Of a DNA stretch of 64,000 bases, positions 20,278 through 29,526 are shown piece after piece. Source of the DNA: Acidilobaceae archaeon (lineage in GTDB: Archaea > Thermoproteota > Thermoprotei_A > Sulfolobales > Acidilobaceae); assembly GCA_038897215.1 (NCBI GenBank), contig JAWAWX010000001.1, positions 128,001 to 192,000 of the forward strand, given 5' to 3'. Each line of letters starts with the position of its first letter. Position 1 is the stretch's first letter. Made by a program: the position numbers and the translations under genes. The notes beneath the pieces are model-generated. The model ran no database searches. It saw nothing but the letters and a program-made list of their open reading frames with translations, and had not been told where the DNA came from.

Positions 20278-20610
20278 ATGGCTTCTTGTAGCGTGCGTAT
20301 TCCTCAAAGTGGTCCTCGAGTACCCGAAGACGCGGGCAGAGAAGGGCAATACGGTATTAGAAGCGTTGACCCGAGGGCGGGTGAAGAGAGATACATGGGG
20401 GTGAAGGGGCGCGGGGGGCTCGATATCGAGGTCGAGCTGACCGAGGCTGAGTACGAGTTCGGGAGGAGGGCGGGCGAGAAGTGCTGGCTCTACGTGGTCT
20501 ACGGGGTCTCGACGGGCAAGCCTGGGCTCTTGGCGATTAGAGACCCGGTGAGGAGAGCCGGGTGGGAGCCTGTGGGGGCTCTGCGTTACAGGCTTGTGGG
20601 GTTGTCCTAG
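20278..20610 (+). pseudogene. Remnant of DUF3883-type PD-(D/E)xK nuclease domain
   Basis: PEDAGREGQYGIRSVDPRAGEERYMGVKG...ELTEAEYEF...WLYVV resembles the family pattern YDI.S.D...ERYIEVKG...LT.NE...YWLYVV, with catalytic D and E replaced by G. The upstream VVLEY lies in another frame. Confidence 0.65.
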
Positions 20611-21437
20611 TCTTGCTCGAGGATCTCCTTCTCTAGCCTTCTGAGGTATAGTCTCCCGTTCTCGCTTATGGCGTACTGGTCCTTGTCGACGCGTCTTATG
20701 TAGTTTCCCGACTTGAGGCGCCATATGGCCCACCTTATGTGAGACTTCCATCTCGCGATGCCGCTCTTCGTCTTCTCCAAGTCTGTCTCGGCTAGCTCTA
20801 CCAGCTGGCTCACCCTATCGATTATCTCTCTTCTACTCATAGGCTTGCTCGACTCGAAGAGCGTCTTCAAAACCAGGTACTCAGCCTTCTTCGAGTTAAG
20901 AGGCCCCTTGAGCCTCCCGGCTCCGAGCGTGCCCGCAGCCCGGACCTCGAGCACGACTCCTAGAGCCTTGGTGTTAGCTATGGTGAGCGATTTGAGCGCC
21001 ACGACCTCTGGGTCTTCTTCTACTATACTCCATCTACATACCTCCCTCTCTCTCAGAGAAGCCTCTCTTAGCGCGTCGAGCACGACCCACGTGTCCCCGT
21101 CAGTTACGATCGCGTACCTTACTCCGGCTCGGGAGGAGTGCCTCAGCTTCTCTTCGATGACCTTCTCCGTTATCCCGCCTAAACGCACCACCTCGATGAA
21201 GGCTCTCGGCCTCCCGCCACGTTTAAGAGCATAATCCACCCTGCCGCCCTCTACGCCGTAATCCGGCTCCACCTCCTCGGGGTTCTCTAGGTCCCAGCCT
21301 AGGGACCTCAGCAGTGGGTCTACGAGAACGTACCGAACCAGCGTCTCGCTCTTCGCCAACTTGTCCCGATGCTCTCCTACCCTTCTCTTGAGCTCGCTGA
21401 CGATGCCCGCTATCTCTGTGAGGCAGACCTCGCGCAT
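20607..21437 (-). CDS. HsdR_N-like restriction nuclease domain fused to Mrr_N winged-helix domain
   Basis: SETLVRYVLVDPLLRSLGWD...RVDYAL...FIEVVR...IVTDGDTW, then C-terminal VLKTL...SRREII...SG.ARWKSHIRWA...ISENG. Confidence 0.78.
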   Translation of the reverse strand: MREVCLTEIAGIVSELKRRVGEHRDKLAKSETLVRYVLVDPLLRSLGWDLENPEEVEPDYGVEGGRVDYALKRGGRPRAFIEVVRLGGITEKVIEEKLRHSSRAGVRYAIVTDGDTWVVLDALREASLREREVCRWSIVEEDPEVVALKSLTIANTKALGVVLEVRAAGTLGAGRLKGPLNSKKAEYLVLKTLFESSKPMSRREIIDRVSQLVELAETDLEKTKSGIARWKSHIRWAIWRLKSGNYIRRVDKDQYAISENGRLYLRRLEKEILEQD

Positions 21438-21679
21438 GACTACCGCCTTCTAGCGAAGCGACCTCGTAGGCGGCAGCGAGCCCCCCGTTGGCAGTGATGC
21501 TCTGCGGCTTTAAGGCTCTCCACGGCATCCGGGCTTCTGCGAGTAGAGAGCATCTCGGGGGCAGCGTGCCCGAGCCGGGCTCGGCTATCCTCCAGGGGGC
21601 TCACAGCGCGAGCCCCGTGTGCCGGGCTCTCAGATAAAGCCGTTGGTCTTCCAGCGAGGTAGCCTGAGGTGGCTCTGGC

Positions 21680-24274
21680 GTGCTCAGAGCTCTCCTATCA
21701 GCGCTCCTGCTCCTAGCCGTCGTGGCCGCCTCCCTGCCCCCTGTGGCTGCTGCGAGCGAGAGCTGGCTCGGTAGAGAGGAGCTGCGAGCGTTCCTCCGAG
21801 AGGAGCCCAGCGGGGGCTCCCGCAGGCTCATAGTGCTGGGGAGCGCTGGCCTCGAGAGAGCTCTCGAGCTAGTCGAGCTTAGAGGAGGCAGGGTTCTCGA
21901 GAGGTTCGAGCTGCTCGGAGGAGCAGTGGTTGAGGCTGACGAGCTCACCGAGGCTCTCCTCAAGTCTCTAGGCTTCAGAGTCTACCAGGACAGAGTCCTC
22001 GGACTCGTGAGACCCCTGAGGCCCCCCGCGGCGTTAGAGCCGTATCTCAGCGCGGGCGCTCCAAGCATAGGAGCCCCCATCGCTTGGAGCATGGGGTTCG
22101 ACGGGAGCGGCGTCAGGGTAGCCGTCGTAGACACGGGCGTCGAGAACAGCCACCCGTGGCTAGTCAGAGGCGGAGCTAGCGTCGTCAAGTGGGAGGCGGA
22201 CGCCACGAGGACGGGCGTGGTAGACTACTGCGGCTTCAGAACAGGCTTCCACGAGGGGGGAGTCCACGGGACCCACGTGGCTGGCATCATCGCCAGCCAG
22301 CACCCCGCCTACCGGGGGGTGGCTCCCGGAGTCGACATCTACGACATCATAGTGTTCTCCGAGGAGCTGGGCTGCCTCTACACCTACGAGTCGATAGTAA
22401 TCGCTGGGATAGCGCTAGCGCTCCTGGGCCCCGACGGGGTCCCCGAGACCGGAGACGAGGCTGACGTGATCAACCTGAGCCTAGGCTTCATAGCCCCGCC
22501 GTGGCTTCAGCACGCGATCAAGGAGGGAGCAGTGAGGCTAGCCATCATAGACGTCCTCGAGGAAGCGGTGAGGCGAGGCAAGATAGTCGTGGTCGCTGCG
22601 GGCAACGCCTACGGGCTGAACATGGTCAACGCTCTATGCCTAGCAGAGGGGGTGATATGCGTGGGGGCGTCGAGCCACATGGGGACCCCCCACCCTGGAG
22701 ACGACGTGCTCGCGTGGTTTAGCTCTAAGGGCCCAGGCCCTCTCGGGTCGCTTCTGCCCCACGTCGTCGCCCCGGGGGTCTACATCTACTCCTCTGTGCC
22801 CACTGCTCTAGGCGTAGAGGGAGACCTCCTCAGCGGCACCTCTATGGCTGCGCCCTTCGTGTCGGGAGCAGCGGCTATACTGGTGAGCTACTACAGGTCC
22901 ATGGGGCTCTCCTGGTCTCCTCTGGTCGTGAGAGCTGCTCTCGCGCAGACGGCTATCGACGTGAGGCCGCAGAGCATAGACTCTCTCTGGCTCTTGCCGG
23001 ACGACGTGAAAGAACTCCTCAGACCCTACGTCCCGGAGCCTCCGGTAGCGACTCCAGCAGACCAGGGAGGAGGCCTCGTCCAAGTCCACTCGGCTATGTC
23101 GGCTGAGGTGCTCATCCTCTCCCCCGAGGGAGACCAGGCGATCGCGGTGACCAGGCCCGGGTTGGTTGCTCTAGAGCTCTACGCTCTCAACACGGCCGGC
23201 GAGAGAGTAGTCTTGGAGGCATCCGGGGTGGTGGAGCTCATCGAAGTCCACTCGCTCAACCGCAGAGTCTCCGGGGTGGTGGAGCCGAGCAGAGTGGAGA
23301 TACAGCCGGGCCGCTCTGCAGCGCTGAGGCTACTGGTCTCGGTAGACAGGCCCGGAGTCTACGCTGGCTACGTGAAGCTAGCGAGCGCAGAGTCGGGCAG
23401 AGTCTACAGAGTGCCAGTGCTCGTAGCAGTGTACTTCGTGATAGACCGTGATACTGCCCTAGTTCAGGAAGACCTGGTGCTAATGACTAGAGACGCGTGG
23501 GACGTGGTCAACGTGTATCTCAGAGTAGCGTACGCTCCGAGAGCCGGGCTCGCCGCGGTCACGCTCTCGTTCCCGCCGGTCTCCACGACGCCCCCCACTG
23601 TTGTAGCGATCACTGCCCCCTCGGGCTGGCACGCCTACGCCTACGGCTCGGCAGGCGTCTTCCCCCTGGCGGAGCCCGGGGTGCACGTCGTCAGCGTGTT
23701 CCACCCCGTCTCGATACACCCGCCGCTGGTCGAGAGCAGGCTGGTAGTAGCCCCCCACGACCCGGCCGGTCTCGCTGAGAGAACGCGGCTGCTAGAGAGT
23801 AGACTCGCGTCTCTCGAGACAGCGCTGAGCGCCCTAGAGCTCTCGCTGAGAACGCTGAGGAGCCATGTAGACTCTCTCAGAGCAGAGCTCGACAGCGTTA
23901 GAGCCGACGTGGCTAGAGTCAGCGCTGCGCTCGAGAAAGCCAGAGAGTCGTTGAGCGCCCTAGAGAGCCAGCTAGCGGCAGCCAGGAGAGACCTGGACGC
24001 TCTGAGAAGCCAGCTAGCCGCTCTAGACAAGGCCCTGAGCCAGAGGCTGGAGGAGAGCGCGGCTAGAGTGAGCGCTCTAGAGGCTCAAGCGGGAGAGCTG
24101 CGAGCCGCCATACTAGAGCTCGAGAAAAGAGCAGAGAGCCTCACGAGCGAGCTAGAAGAGACCAGGAGCCAGCTCTCGGCTACTAGCATCGCGTCCTACG
24201 CGGCTCTAGCGCTGAGCATAGCCGGGCTAGCGGTCGCGACAGCCTCTCTACTGCTACGTAGAAAGGCTGCCTAG
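21680..24274 (+). CDS. S8 subtilisin-like serine protease with coiled-coil stalk and C-terminal membrane anchor
   Basis: Signal peptide; triad motifs VAVVDTG, HGTHVAG, AAGN, SGTSMAAP; about 130 aa of heptad repeats; TM followed by RRK tail. Confidence 0.92.
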   Translation: MLRALLSALLLLAVVAASLPPVAAASESWLGREELRAFLREEPSGGSRRLIVLGSAGLERALELVELRGGRVLERFELLGGAVVEADELTEALLKSLGFRVYQDRVLGLVRPLRPPAALEPYLSAGAPSIGAPIAWSMGFDGSGVRVAVVDTGVENSHPWLVRGGASVVKWEADATRTGVVDYCGFRTGFHEGGVHGTHVAGIIASQHPAYRGVAPGVDIYDIIVFSEELGCLYTYESIVIAGIALALLGPDGVPETGDEADVINLSLGFIAPPWLQHAIKEGAVRLAIIDVLEEAVRRGKIVVVAAGNAYGLNMVNALCLAEGVICVGASSHMGTPHPGDDVLAWFSSKGPGPLGSLLPHVVAPGVYIYSSVPTALGVEGDLLSGTSMAAPFVSGAAAILVSYYRSMGLSWSPLVVRAALAQTAIDVRPQSIDSLWLLPDDVKELLRPYVPEPPVATPADQGGGLVQVHSAMSAEVLILSPEGDQAIAVTRPGLVALELYALNTAGERVVLEASGVVELIEVHSLNRRVSGVVEPSRVEIQPGRSAALRLLVSVDRPGVYAGYVKLASAESGRVYRVPVLVAVYFVIDRDTALVQEDLVLMTRDAWDVVNVYLRVAYAPRAGLAAVTLSFPPVSTTPPTVVAITAPSGWHAYAYGSAGVFPLAEPGVHVVSVFHPVSIHPPLVESRLVVAPHDPAGLAERTRLLESRLASLETALSALELSLRTLRSHVDSLRAELDSVRADVARVSAALEKARESLSALESQLAAARRDLDALRSQLAALDKALSQRLEESAARVSALEAQAGELRAAILELEKRAESLTSELEETRSQLSATSIASYAALALSIAGLAVATASLLLRRKAA

Positions 24275-24369
24275 CGCCCTCCCCCAGCAGTGGGGGGCTC
24301 GGGGCTCTCCCTCTCTCCAGCGATACTCTCAGCTAGCCTGAGCGCTCTAGCCAGCGGAGAGCTCTCCTC

Positions 24370-24570
24370 CTAGCGTCTCTTCGGTATGGTGAAGACCGAC
24401 TCTCTGCCCCTAGGCGAGGTCCCCTCGTAGAGTCTGAACCTGCTCCCGCAACGCGGGCACTCGAGCATCCTCACAGTGTAGAATCTGAACCTCCAGGGGC
24501 TCCTCACCAGCTTGAAGGACTCGAGAGAGCTCTCGAGACCACACTTGGGGCACGTGACGGTCGAGACCAA
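24370..24570 (-). CDS. Small zinc-ribbon protein
   Basis: CPKCG...CPRCG; GGGAG upstream. Confidence 0.7.
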   Translation of the reverse strand: MVSTVTCPKCGLESSLESFKLVRSPWRFRFYTVRMLECPRCGSRFRLYEGTSPRGRESVFTIPKRR

Positions 24571-24688
24571 GCTCTCCCAGCCTCCTCGAGGGGCTCGCTC
24601 GAGTGATCGCTGTGAGGACCCTAATAGCTTTGCTGTAGTCTCACTGCTCGTAGCCCCTGTTAACCGGGGGGTTAACGGCTCTGAGCGC

Positions 24689-25843
24689 TCAGCCCGGCTC
24701 TACCTCCAGCCCGTAGAGTATCGCGTCGGGGTCTTTGAGAGCGTGCCCCGTGGCGACTATCACAACCGTCTCCCCTCTGTCCACGAGCCTCTCCTCGAGG
24801 CTCTTCAGGTAGCCTGCTAGAGCGGCGGCGCTAGCTGGCTCTACGCCCACCCCCTCGAGCCTGGCTAGAGTCTTCTGGGCTCTCAGTATCTCCTCGTCGC
24901 TGACGACGACCATCGCTCCCCGCGACTCCTCCAGAGCTCTCCACGCCTTGAGCCAGTTCACGGGCCTCCCGATCCTTATAGCTGAGGCTATAGTTTCGGG
25001 TTTCTCGACGGGGACTAGCCGCGGCTCTCCTCGAGCCCAGGCTGTGGCTAGAGGCGCGGCTTTCTCAGCCTGGACTCCCAGCATTCTCGGAGTCTTGCTC
25101 GCGACGCCTAGCTCCTTGAGCTCCCTGAACCCCTTCCATATAGCCGATATGTTTCCAGCATTCCCCACCGGGACGACTACGACATCGGGAGGCTCTCCGA
25201 GCTCCTCGAATACCTCGAACGCTAGAGTCTTCTGGCCCTCTAGCCTCCACGGGTTCACGGAGTTGAGAGGGTAGACTCCCTTCTCTCTCGAGACCGCTCT
25301 ATCGAGGACCTCGTCTAGAGCTCTATCAAACCCCCCCTCTACCTCCACAACCTCGGCTCCGTGGAGCAGAGCTTGAGCAAGCTTCCCTCTAGCCACTCCT
25401 CCTCTAGGAAGGTATACTATGCACCTAAGCCCGGCTCTAGCAGCGTAGGCAGCAGCAGAAGCAGCAGTATTCCCCGTGCTAGCCACGGCTACAGCAACGG
25501 CTCCCGAGTACTTCGCTATAGTCGCTCCCACAGTCATCCCTCTATCCTTGAAGCTACCAGTTGGGTTCGAGCCCTCTAGCTTAACGTAGACCCTGGGGCT
25601 GGCTACTCTCGCGAGCTCGATGAGAGGAGTCCCCCCCTCGCCCAAGCTCACAGGCTCTACTCCTCGAGCTACCGGGAGGAGACTCCAGTACCTCCACACA
25701 CCACGCCTTCTCTCAAGAGGCCTCCACTCACTCGAGCCTCCGCGAGGGAGCACGACTTCGAGAAGCCCTCCGCAACCAGGGCACCTGAAGAGCCAAGGGT
25801 CTGGAGCCAGGCTAGAACCACACACGATACATTTCAGCCTCAA
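24689..25843 (-). CDS. thrC: Threonine synthase
   Basis: N-terminal Zn knuckle, LGEGGTP, NPTGSFKDRG, ASTGNTA and PVGNAGNI. Confidence 0.92.
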   Translation of the reverse strand: MRLKCIVCGSSLAPDPWLFRCPGCGGLLEVVLPRGGSSEWRPLERRRGVWRYWSLLPVARGVEPVSLGEGGTPLIELARVASPRVYVKLEGSNPTGSFKDRGMTVGATIAKYSGAVAVAVASTGNTAASAAAYAARAGLRCIVYLPRGGVARGKLAQALLHGAEVVEVEGGFDRALDEVLDRAVSREKGVYPLNSVNPWRLEGQKTLAFEVFEELGEPPDVVVVPVGNAGNISAIWKGFRELKELGVASKTPRMLGVQAEKAAPLATAWARGEPRLVPVEKPETIASAIRIGRPVNWLKAWRALEESRGAMVVVSDEEILRAQKTLARLEGVGVEPASAAALAGYLKSLEERLVDRGETVVIVATGHALKDPDAILYGLEVEPG

Positions 25844-25949
25844 ATCAGAGCGAAGAGGGCTGTCAATTATCCCACCTTCAACTCCTCACACCACGCTGAG
25901 CCTTAAATAGAGAGAGGCTCGGCGAGCCTTCGGGTCTCCTCGAGGCTGG

Positions 25950-26984
25950 CTACTTGTAGGCTATGTACTCGCCTCTAAGCGGGACTCTGAGCCCGCAGCG
26001 CGGGCACCTCCAGCTCCCGTCTGGGCTCTTCTCGAGAGTGAAGGACCTCACTCTGTAGCCTCTCCTCTCTATGAGAGTCTTCCCGCACCTCGGGCAGAGT
26101 GTAGACTCGAGCCTGGGGTCTCCCACGTTGCCCACGTACACGTAGCCTAGCCCGGCTCTTCTCGCTCTCTCTCTGACCTCGAGTAGCTTCGAGAGAGGCG
26201 TGGGCGGCTCTCTCCAGACTCTAGCTGGGTAGTATCTGTTCACGTGTAGAGGCACGTCTGGCCCCAGGCTATCAGCGTGCTTCCCCAGGATCCACTCGAT
26301 GCACTCATCGAAGTCGTTGGTGTTCGTCACGACTAGGTAAACCATCTCCACGTGCCCCCCGAGGTCTAGGATCAGTCTGGCGTTCCTGAAGACTAGCGAG
26401 TGGTCTACTGTGGCTAGAGCTCTCCTCATCCCCGGGCACCCCTTGATGTCTATGCTCCACCCGTCGACTCCCGCTTCGACGAGAGTCTTCACTGCCTCGA
26501 GCGTCATGTACCCGTTGGTTACGACCATAGAGTACAGTCCTCTCCTGACCGCCTCCTCCGTGGCGTCTACGACGTAGTCCAGGTTTACCGTGGGCTCGTT
26601 GAAGCTAGCTGATAGGCCCTCATCTCCGCTAGCTAGAGCGAGCTCCACGAGTTCTTCAGGAGGCACCACGGCATCGCTCTCCCGAGGCCTCCTGAAGCTC
26701 AAGTGGTGATTCTGGCACCAGGGGCAGTAGAAGTTGCACCCGTATGTAGAGTAGGTGAGAGCAGTGCTGTTAGGCCAGTAGTGGAATAGAGGCTTGACCT
26801 CTATGGGTCTACTCTCGATAGCGCTAAGCCTACCGTAGCCGAAGTGCTCTAGCTCGCCGCCTCTATTCACGTAGCTCCCGCATATCCCTACTCCTCCCTC
26901 GGGAAGCCTGCATCTTCTCTCGCAGACAAGGCACTCGACAAGAGACCCCTCTAGGCTCCTCCAGAGCCTAGCTCTACGGCTCAA
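25950..26984 (-). CDS. Radical SAM protein, AmmeMemoRadiSam/PFL-AE-like family
   Basis: CLVCERRC, PIEVKPLFHY, CNFYCPWCQN, FNEPT and YVYVGNV...CPRCG. Confidence 0.88.
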   Translation of the reverse strand: MSRRARLWRSLEGSLVECLVCERRCRLPEGGVGICGSYVNRGGELEHFGYGRLSAIESRPIEVKPLFHYWPNSTALTYSTYGCNFYCPWCQNHHLSFRRPRESDAVVPPEELVELALASGDEGLSASFNEPTVNLDYVVDATEEAVRRGLYSMVVTNGYMTLEAVKTLVEAGVDGWSIDIKGCPGMRRALATVDHSLVFRNARLILDLGGHVEMVYLVVTNTNDFDECIEWILGKHADSLGPDVPLHVNRYYPARVWREPPTPLSKLLEVRERARRAGLGYVYVGNVGDPRLESTLCPRCGKTLIERRGYRVRSFTLEKSPDGSWRCPRCGLRVPLRGEYIAYK

Positions 26985-27184
26985 CCGCTCGCCCTAGATA
27001 ATGTGCTCACCAGGCCTCTTCTCCCCTCTCAGAGAGCTCGCCGAGGCCTCCTCCGAGCAGAGTCCCAGCGTGCTTCTATAACTCCTCCCCCCGGGGCTCC
27101 CCTAAAGCTACCGAGCTAGCCCGCTTAGAGCTAAGAGAAGAAGCTAGGAGGAGGAGAGAGCAGACTCTCTCAGCGCCTAGACTG

Positions 27185-27820
27185 CTAGAGCTGGATAGCA
27201 GGGCTCTCGGAGGGGCCGGGCTGCGGCTGGGTCGGCTTTAGCGTGAAGAACGCCACTACTAGTAGTATCTCGGCTATAAACAATACGAGAGAGCCGATCA
27301 GCACTACTGCGAGGACTGCTCCGGCTAGGTAAGCGAGCCCGGCTAGCTTGAAGACGTCATTGCTCGTGACCTCAGCTGTGGCCGCGGTAGCCTTGTAGAA
27401 GAAGAAGGCTGAAGCCACGAAGACAACCCAGCCGGCTATGAGGAATAGGAGGAGTAGCGCTAGCGCAGCGATCCCGACACCAGTTAACTCCTCGATACCG
27501 CCCGCTGTCGCGAATAAAGCGAAGACTACTACGAGAGCGATGATCGCAACAAACACCACAAAGATAGATGCGAGTATGCTCAGCCCTATCCATATCAAAA
27601 CGTTCTTGAATATATCCGGTCTGCCGTAAAGCTCCGAGATTCTCCGAAAAGCGAGAACTAGTAGCACGATGGCAACAACCCAGGCTACGAGGCACAGAAA
27701 TGCTCCGATGTAGGGGACGAGTATCAAGAAGTAGCTCAGAAGCAATAACATTGCCCCGACTACCCCGAATAGCCTAGCCTCTTCTAGACCGGCTTGCTGA
27801 CTGATTGCCAGCGCGAACAC
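27185..27820 (-). CDS. DUF996-like membrane protein (copy 2; possible CTG start at 27811)
   Basis: ISELYGRPDIFKN, FFFYKA, VFKLAGLAYLAGA and LVVAFFTL. Confidence 0.8.
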   Translation of the reverse strand: MFALAISQQAGLEEARLFGVVGAMLLLLSYFLILVPYIGAFLCLVAWVVAIVLLVLAFRRISELYGRPDIFKNVLIWIGLSILASIFVVFVAIIALVVVFALFATAGGIEELTGVGIAALALLLLFLIAGWVVFVASAFFFYKATAATAEVTSNDVFKLAGLAYLAGAVLAVVLIGSLVLFIAEILLVVAFFTLKPTQPQPGPSESPAIQL

Positions 27821-28007
27821 CTCAATTATGCTAGCAATATTGGCAGCTAAAATTCTTTTCTACAGAAAGCTGGCTCAGCCAAGCCCGTCTACGAGCACGC
27901 CATCGCTACAGCAGTCGCCCCAGCGGCCTGAAGGGTTGTTCTCGTCTCGGCTACAGCTCTGCTAAGGCTCGCTCGCTAAACCGAGCTACTCGAGGACAAG
28001 CTTCTAG

Positions 28008-28097
28008 TGGCGCCGGGGGCGGGATTTGAACCCGCGCGGGGCGATGGCCCCACCGGCTTAGCAGGCCGGCGCCCTAGCCAGGCTAGGCGACCCCGGC
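28008..28097 (-). tRNA. tRNA-Ser(GCT), CCA encoded
   Basis: GCCGGGG...CCGGC-CT GCT AA-GCCGG, long variable arm GGGGC/GCCCC, T loop GTTCAAATC. Confidence 0.97.
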
Positions 28098-28223
28098 TCG
28101 TGTTCTTGCTTCTAGCTTGAGGGCTATTAAAGTGTTCCGAGCTTCGCTGTATCCCACCTTTTTCTCCTAGTTTTCCAGCGCTCTACCTACTTAGGGTTTA
28201 GGCGGGGGTCTCGTGCTGGGGCA

Positions 28224-29519
28224 TTGCTGGAGATGGATGCATACGGCTTAGTTTGCTCCGCTGTGTTTGCTGGCGTCATCGCCGCCATAGCTTTCGGCGT
28301 TCTCGATAGAGCAGTAGCCGGGGCTCTCGGAGTCGCTGTGCTCTTGCTCGTGGGAGCAGTCGGCTTGAGCGAGGCAGCGGGCTTCATCGACTGGGATGTT
28401 GTGGGTCTCGTTGTTCTAATGAGCTTCTACAGCGTCGTTCTAGAGGTCTCCGGTCTAGCCAGATGGGTTGCTCTAAGCCTAGCTAGGAGAGTGGAGAGCC
28501 CCGTTCTGCTGGCTTACTCAATCACTCTAGCAGCAGGCGTTCTCAGTCTGGCTCTAGAGAACGCTGTTACAGTGCTCGTCTTCGCTCCCGTGGCTCTAGC
28601 GCTTGCTAGAGCTCTCTCGATTAGCCCTGCTCCTCTAGTCATAGGTATCGCTCTAGCCTCGGGGATGGCTGGCTCAGCGACCATGATAGGAGACCCCCCG
28701 GCTATCATAACGGCAGGGCACTACGACCTAGGCTTCCTAGACTTCATAGTCTACAAGGGCAGGCCATCGATGTTCTTCATAACCATAGCCTCTATGGTCT
28801 TAGCTCTAGCTGTCTACACGTTCTCGAACTTCAGGATGGCGAGCGCGCTGAGAGCCGGAGGCGATGACGGAAGCAGGCTAGATAGAGTTTTCGCTGTAGA
28901 AGCTCTCCTATTCCTCCTAGTGAAGGTCTCTCTCCTGAGCTTGAGGAAAGAGCTTGAGATACCTATGAGTCTAGCGGCAGCAGTATCCCTATCTGGCATT
29001 ATCGCCACTCGTCTTGTTCTCCACGGGGATAGAGAGAGCGTTAGAGAGGTTATCGAGAAAGGGCTCGACCTCAGGCTACCGGTCTTCCTCTCATCGGTAT
29101 TCATTCTCAGCGGCTCTCTGAAGAAGCACAGTGTGACCGACGCTGTGGCAGAGGCAGCGGTCGGCCTAGCCGGGGAGAGCCTGGTCTCTCTAGGCGTTCT
29201 AGTCTTCCTGGTCTCAGCGGCTCTCTCCTCTCTAATAGAGAACATCCCGGTCACACTGACGCTACTCCCTGTAGCGGACAGCCTAGCCGCTAGAGTGGGA
29301 GCAGACCCCGTTACTCTAGCCTGGGGGGTTCTAGCCGGGCTGACAGCTGGAGGAGGCTGGACCTACATAGGTAGCGGAGCCAACGTGGTCGCCGTGAGGA
29401 TCCTGGAGAGAGAGGGGGTCAGCGTGTCATTCGCTGGCTTCACTAAAACAGCTCTGCCTTTCAACATAGCTAACACGACAGCATGCCTGGCTCTCTACGC
29501 TGCGATATGGCTCCTCTAG
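28224..29519 (+). CDS. SLC13/ArsB-NhaD (CitM-like) family permease
   Basis: IDWDVV, LENAVTV, GSATMIGDPP, IENIP and TYIGSGANVV. Confidence 0.85.
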   Translation: MLEMDAYGLVCSAVFAGVIAAIAFGVLDRAVAGALGVAVLLLVGAVGLSEAAGFIDWDVVGLVVLMSFYSVVLEVSGLARWVALSLARRVESPVLLAYSITLAAGVLSLALENAVTVLVFAPVALALARALSISPAPLVIGIALASGMAGSATMIGDPPAIITAGHYDLGFLDFIVYKGRPSMFFITIASMVLALAVYTFSNFRMASALRAGGDDGSRLDRVFAVEALLFLLVKVSLLSLRKELEIPMSLAAAVSLSGIIATRLVLHGDRESVREVIEKGLDLRLPVFLSSVFILSGSLKKHSVTDAVAEAAVGLAGESLVSLGVLVFLVSAALSSLIENIPVTLTLLPVADSLAARVGADPVTLAWGVLAGLTAGGGWTYIGSGANVVAVRILEREGVSVSFAGFTKTALPFNIANTTACLALYAAIWLL

Positions 29520-29526
29520 GTGGCCA

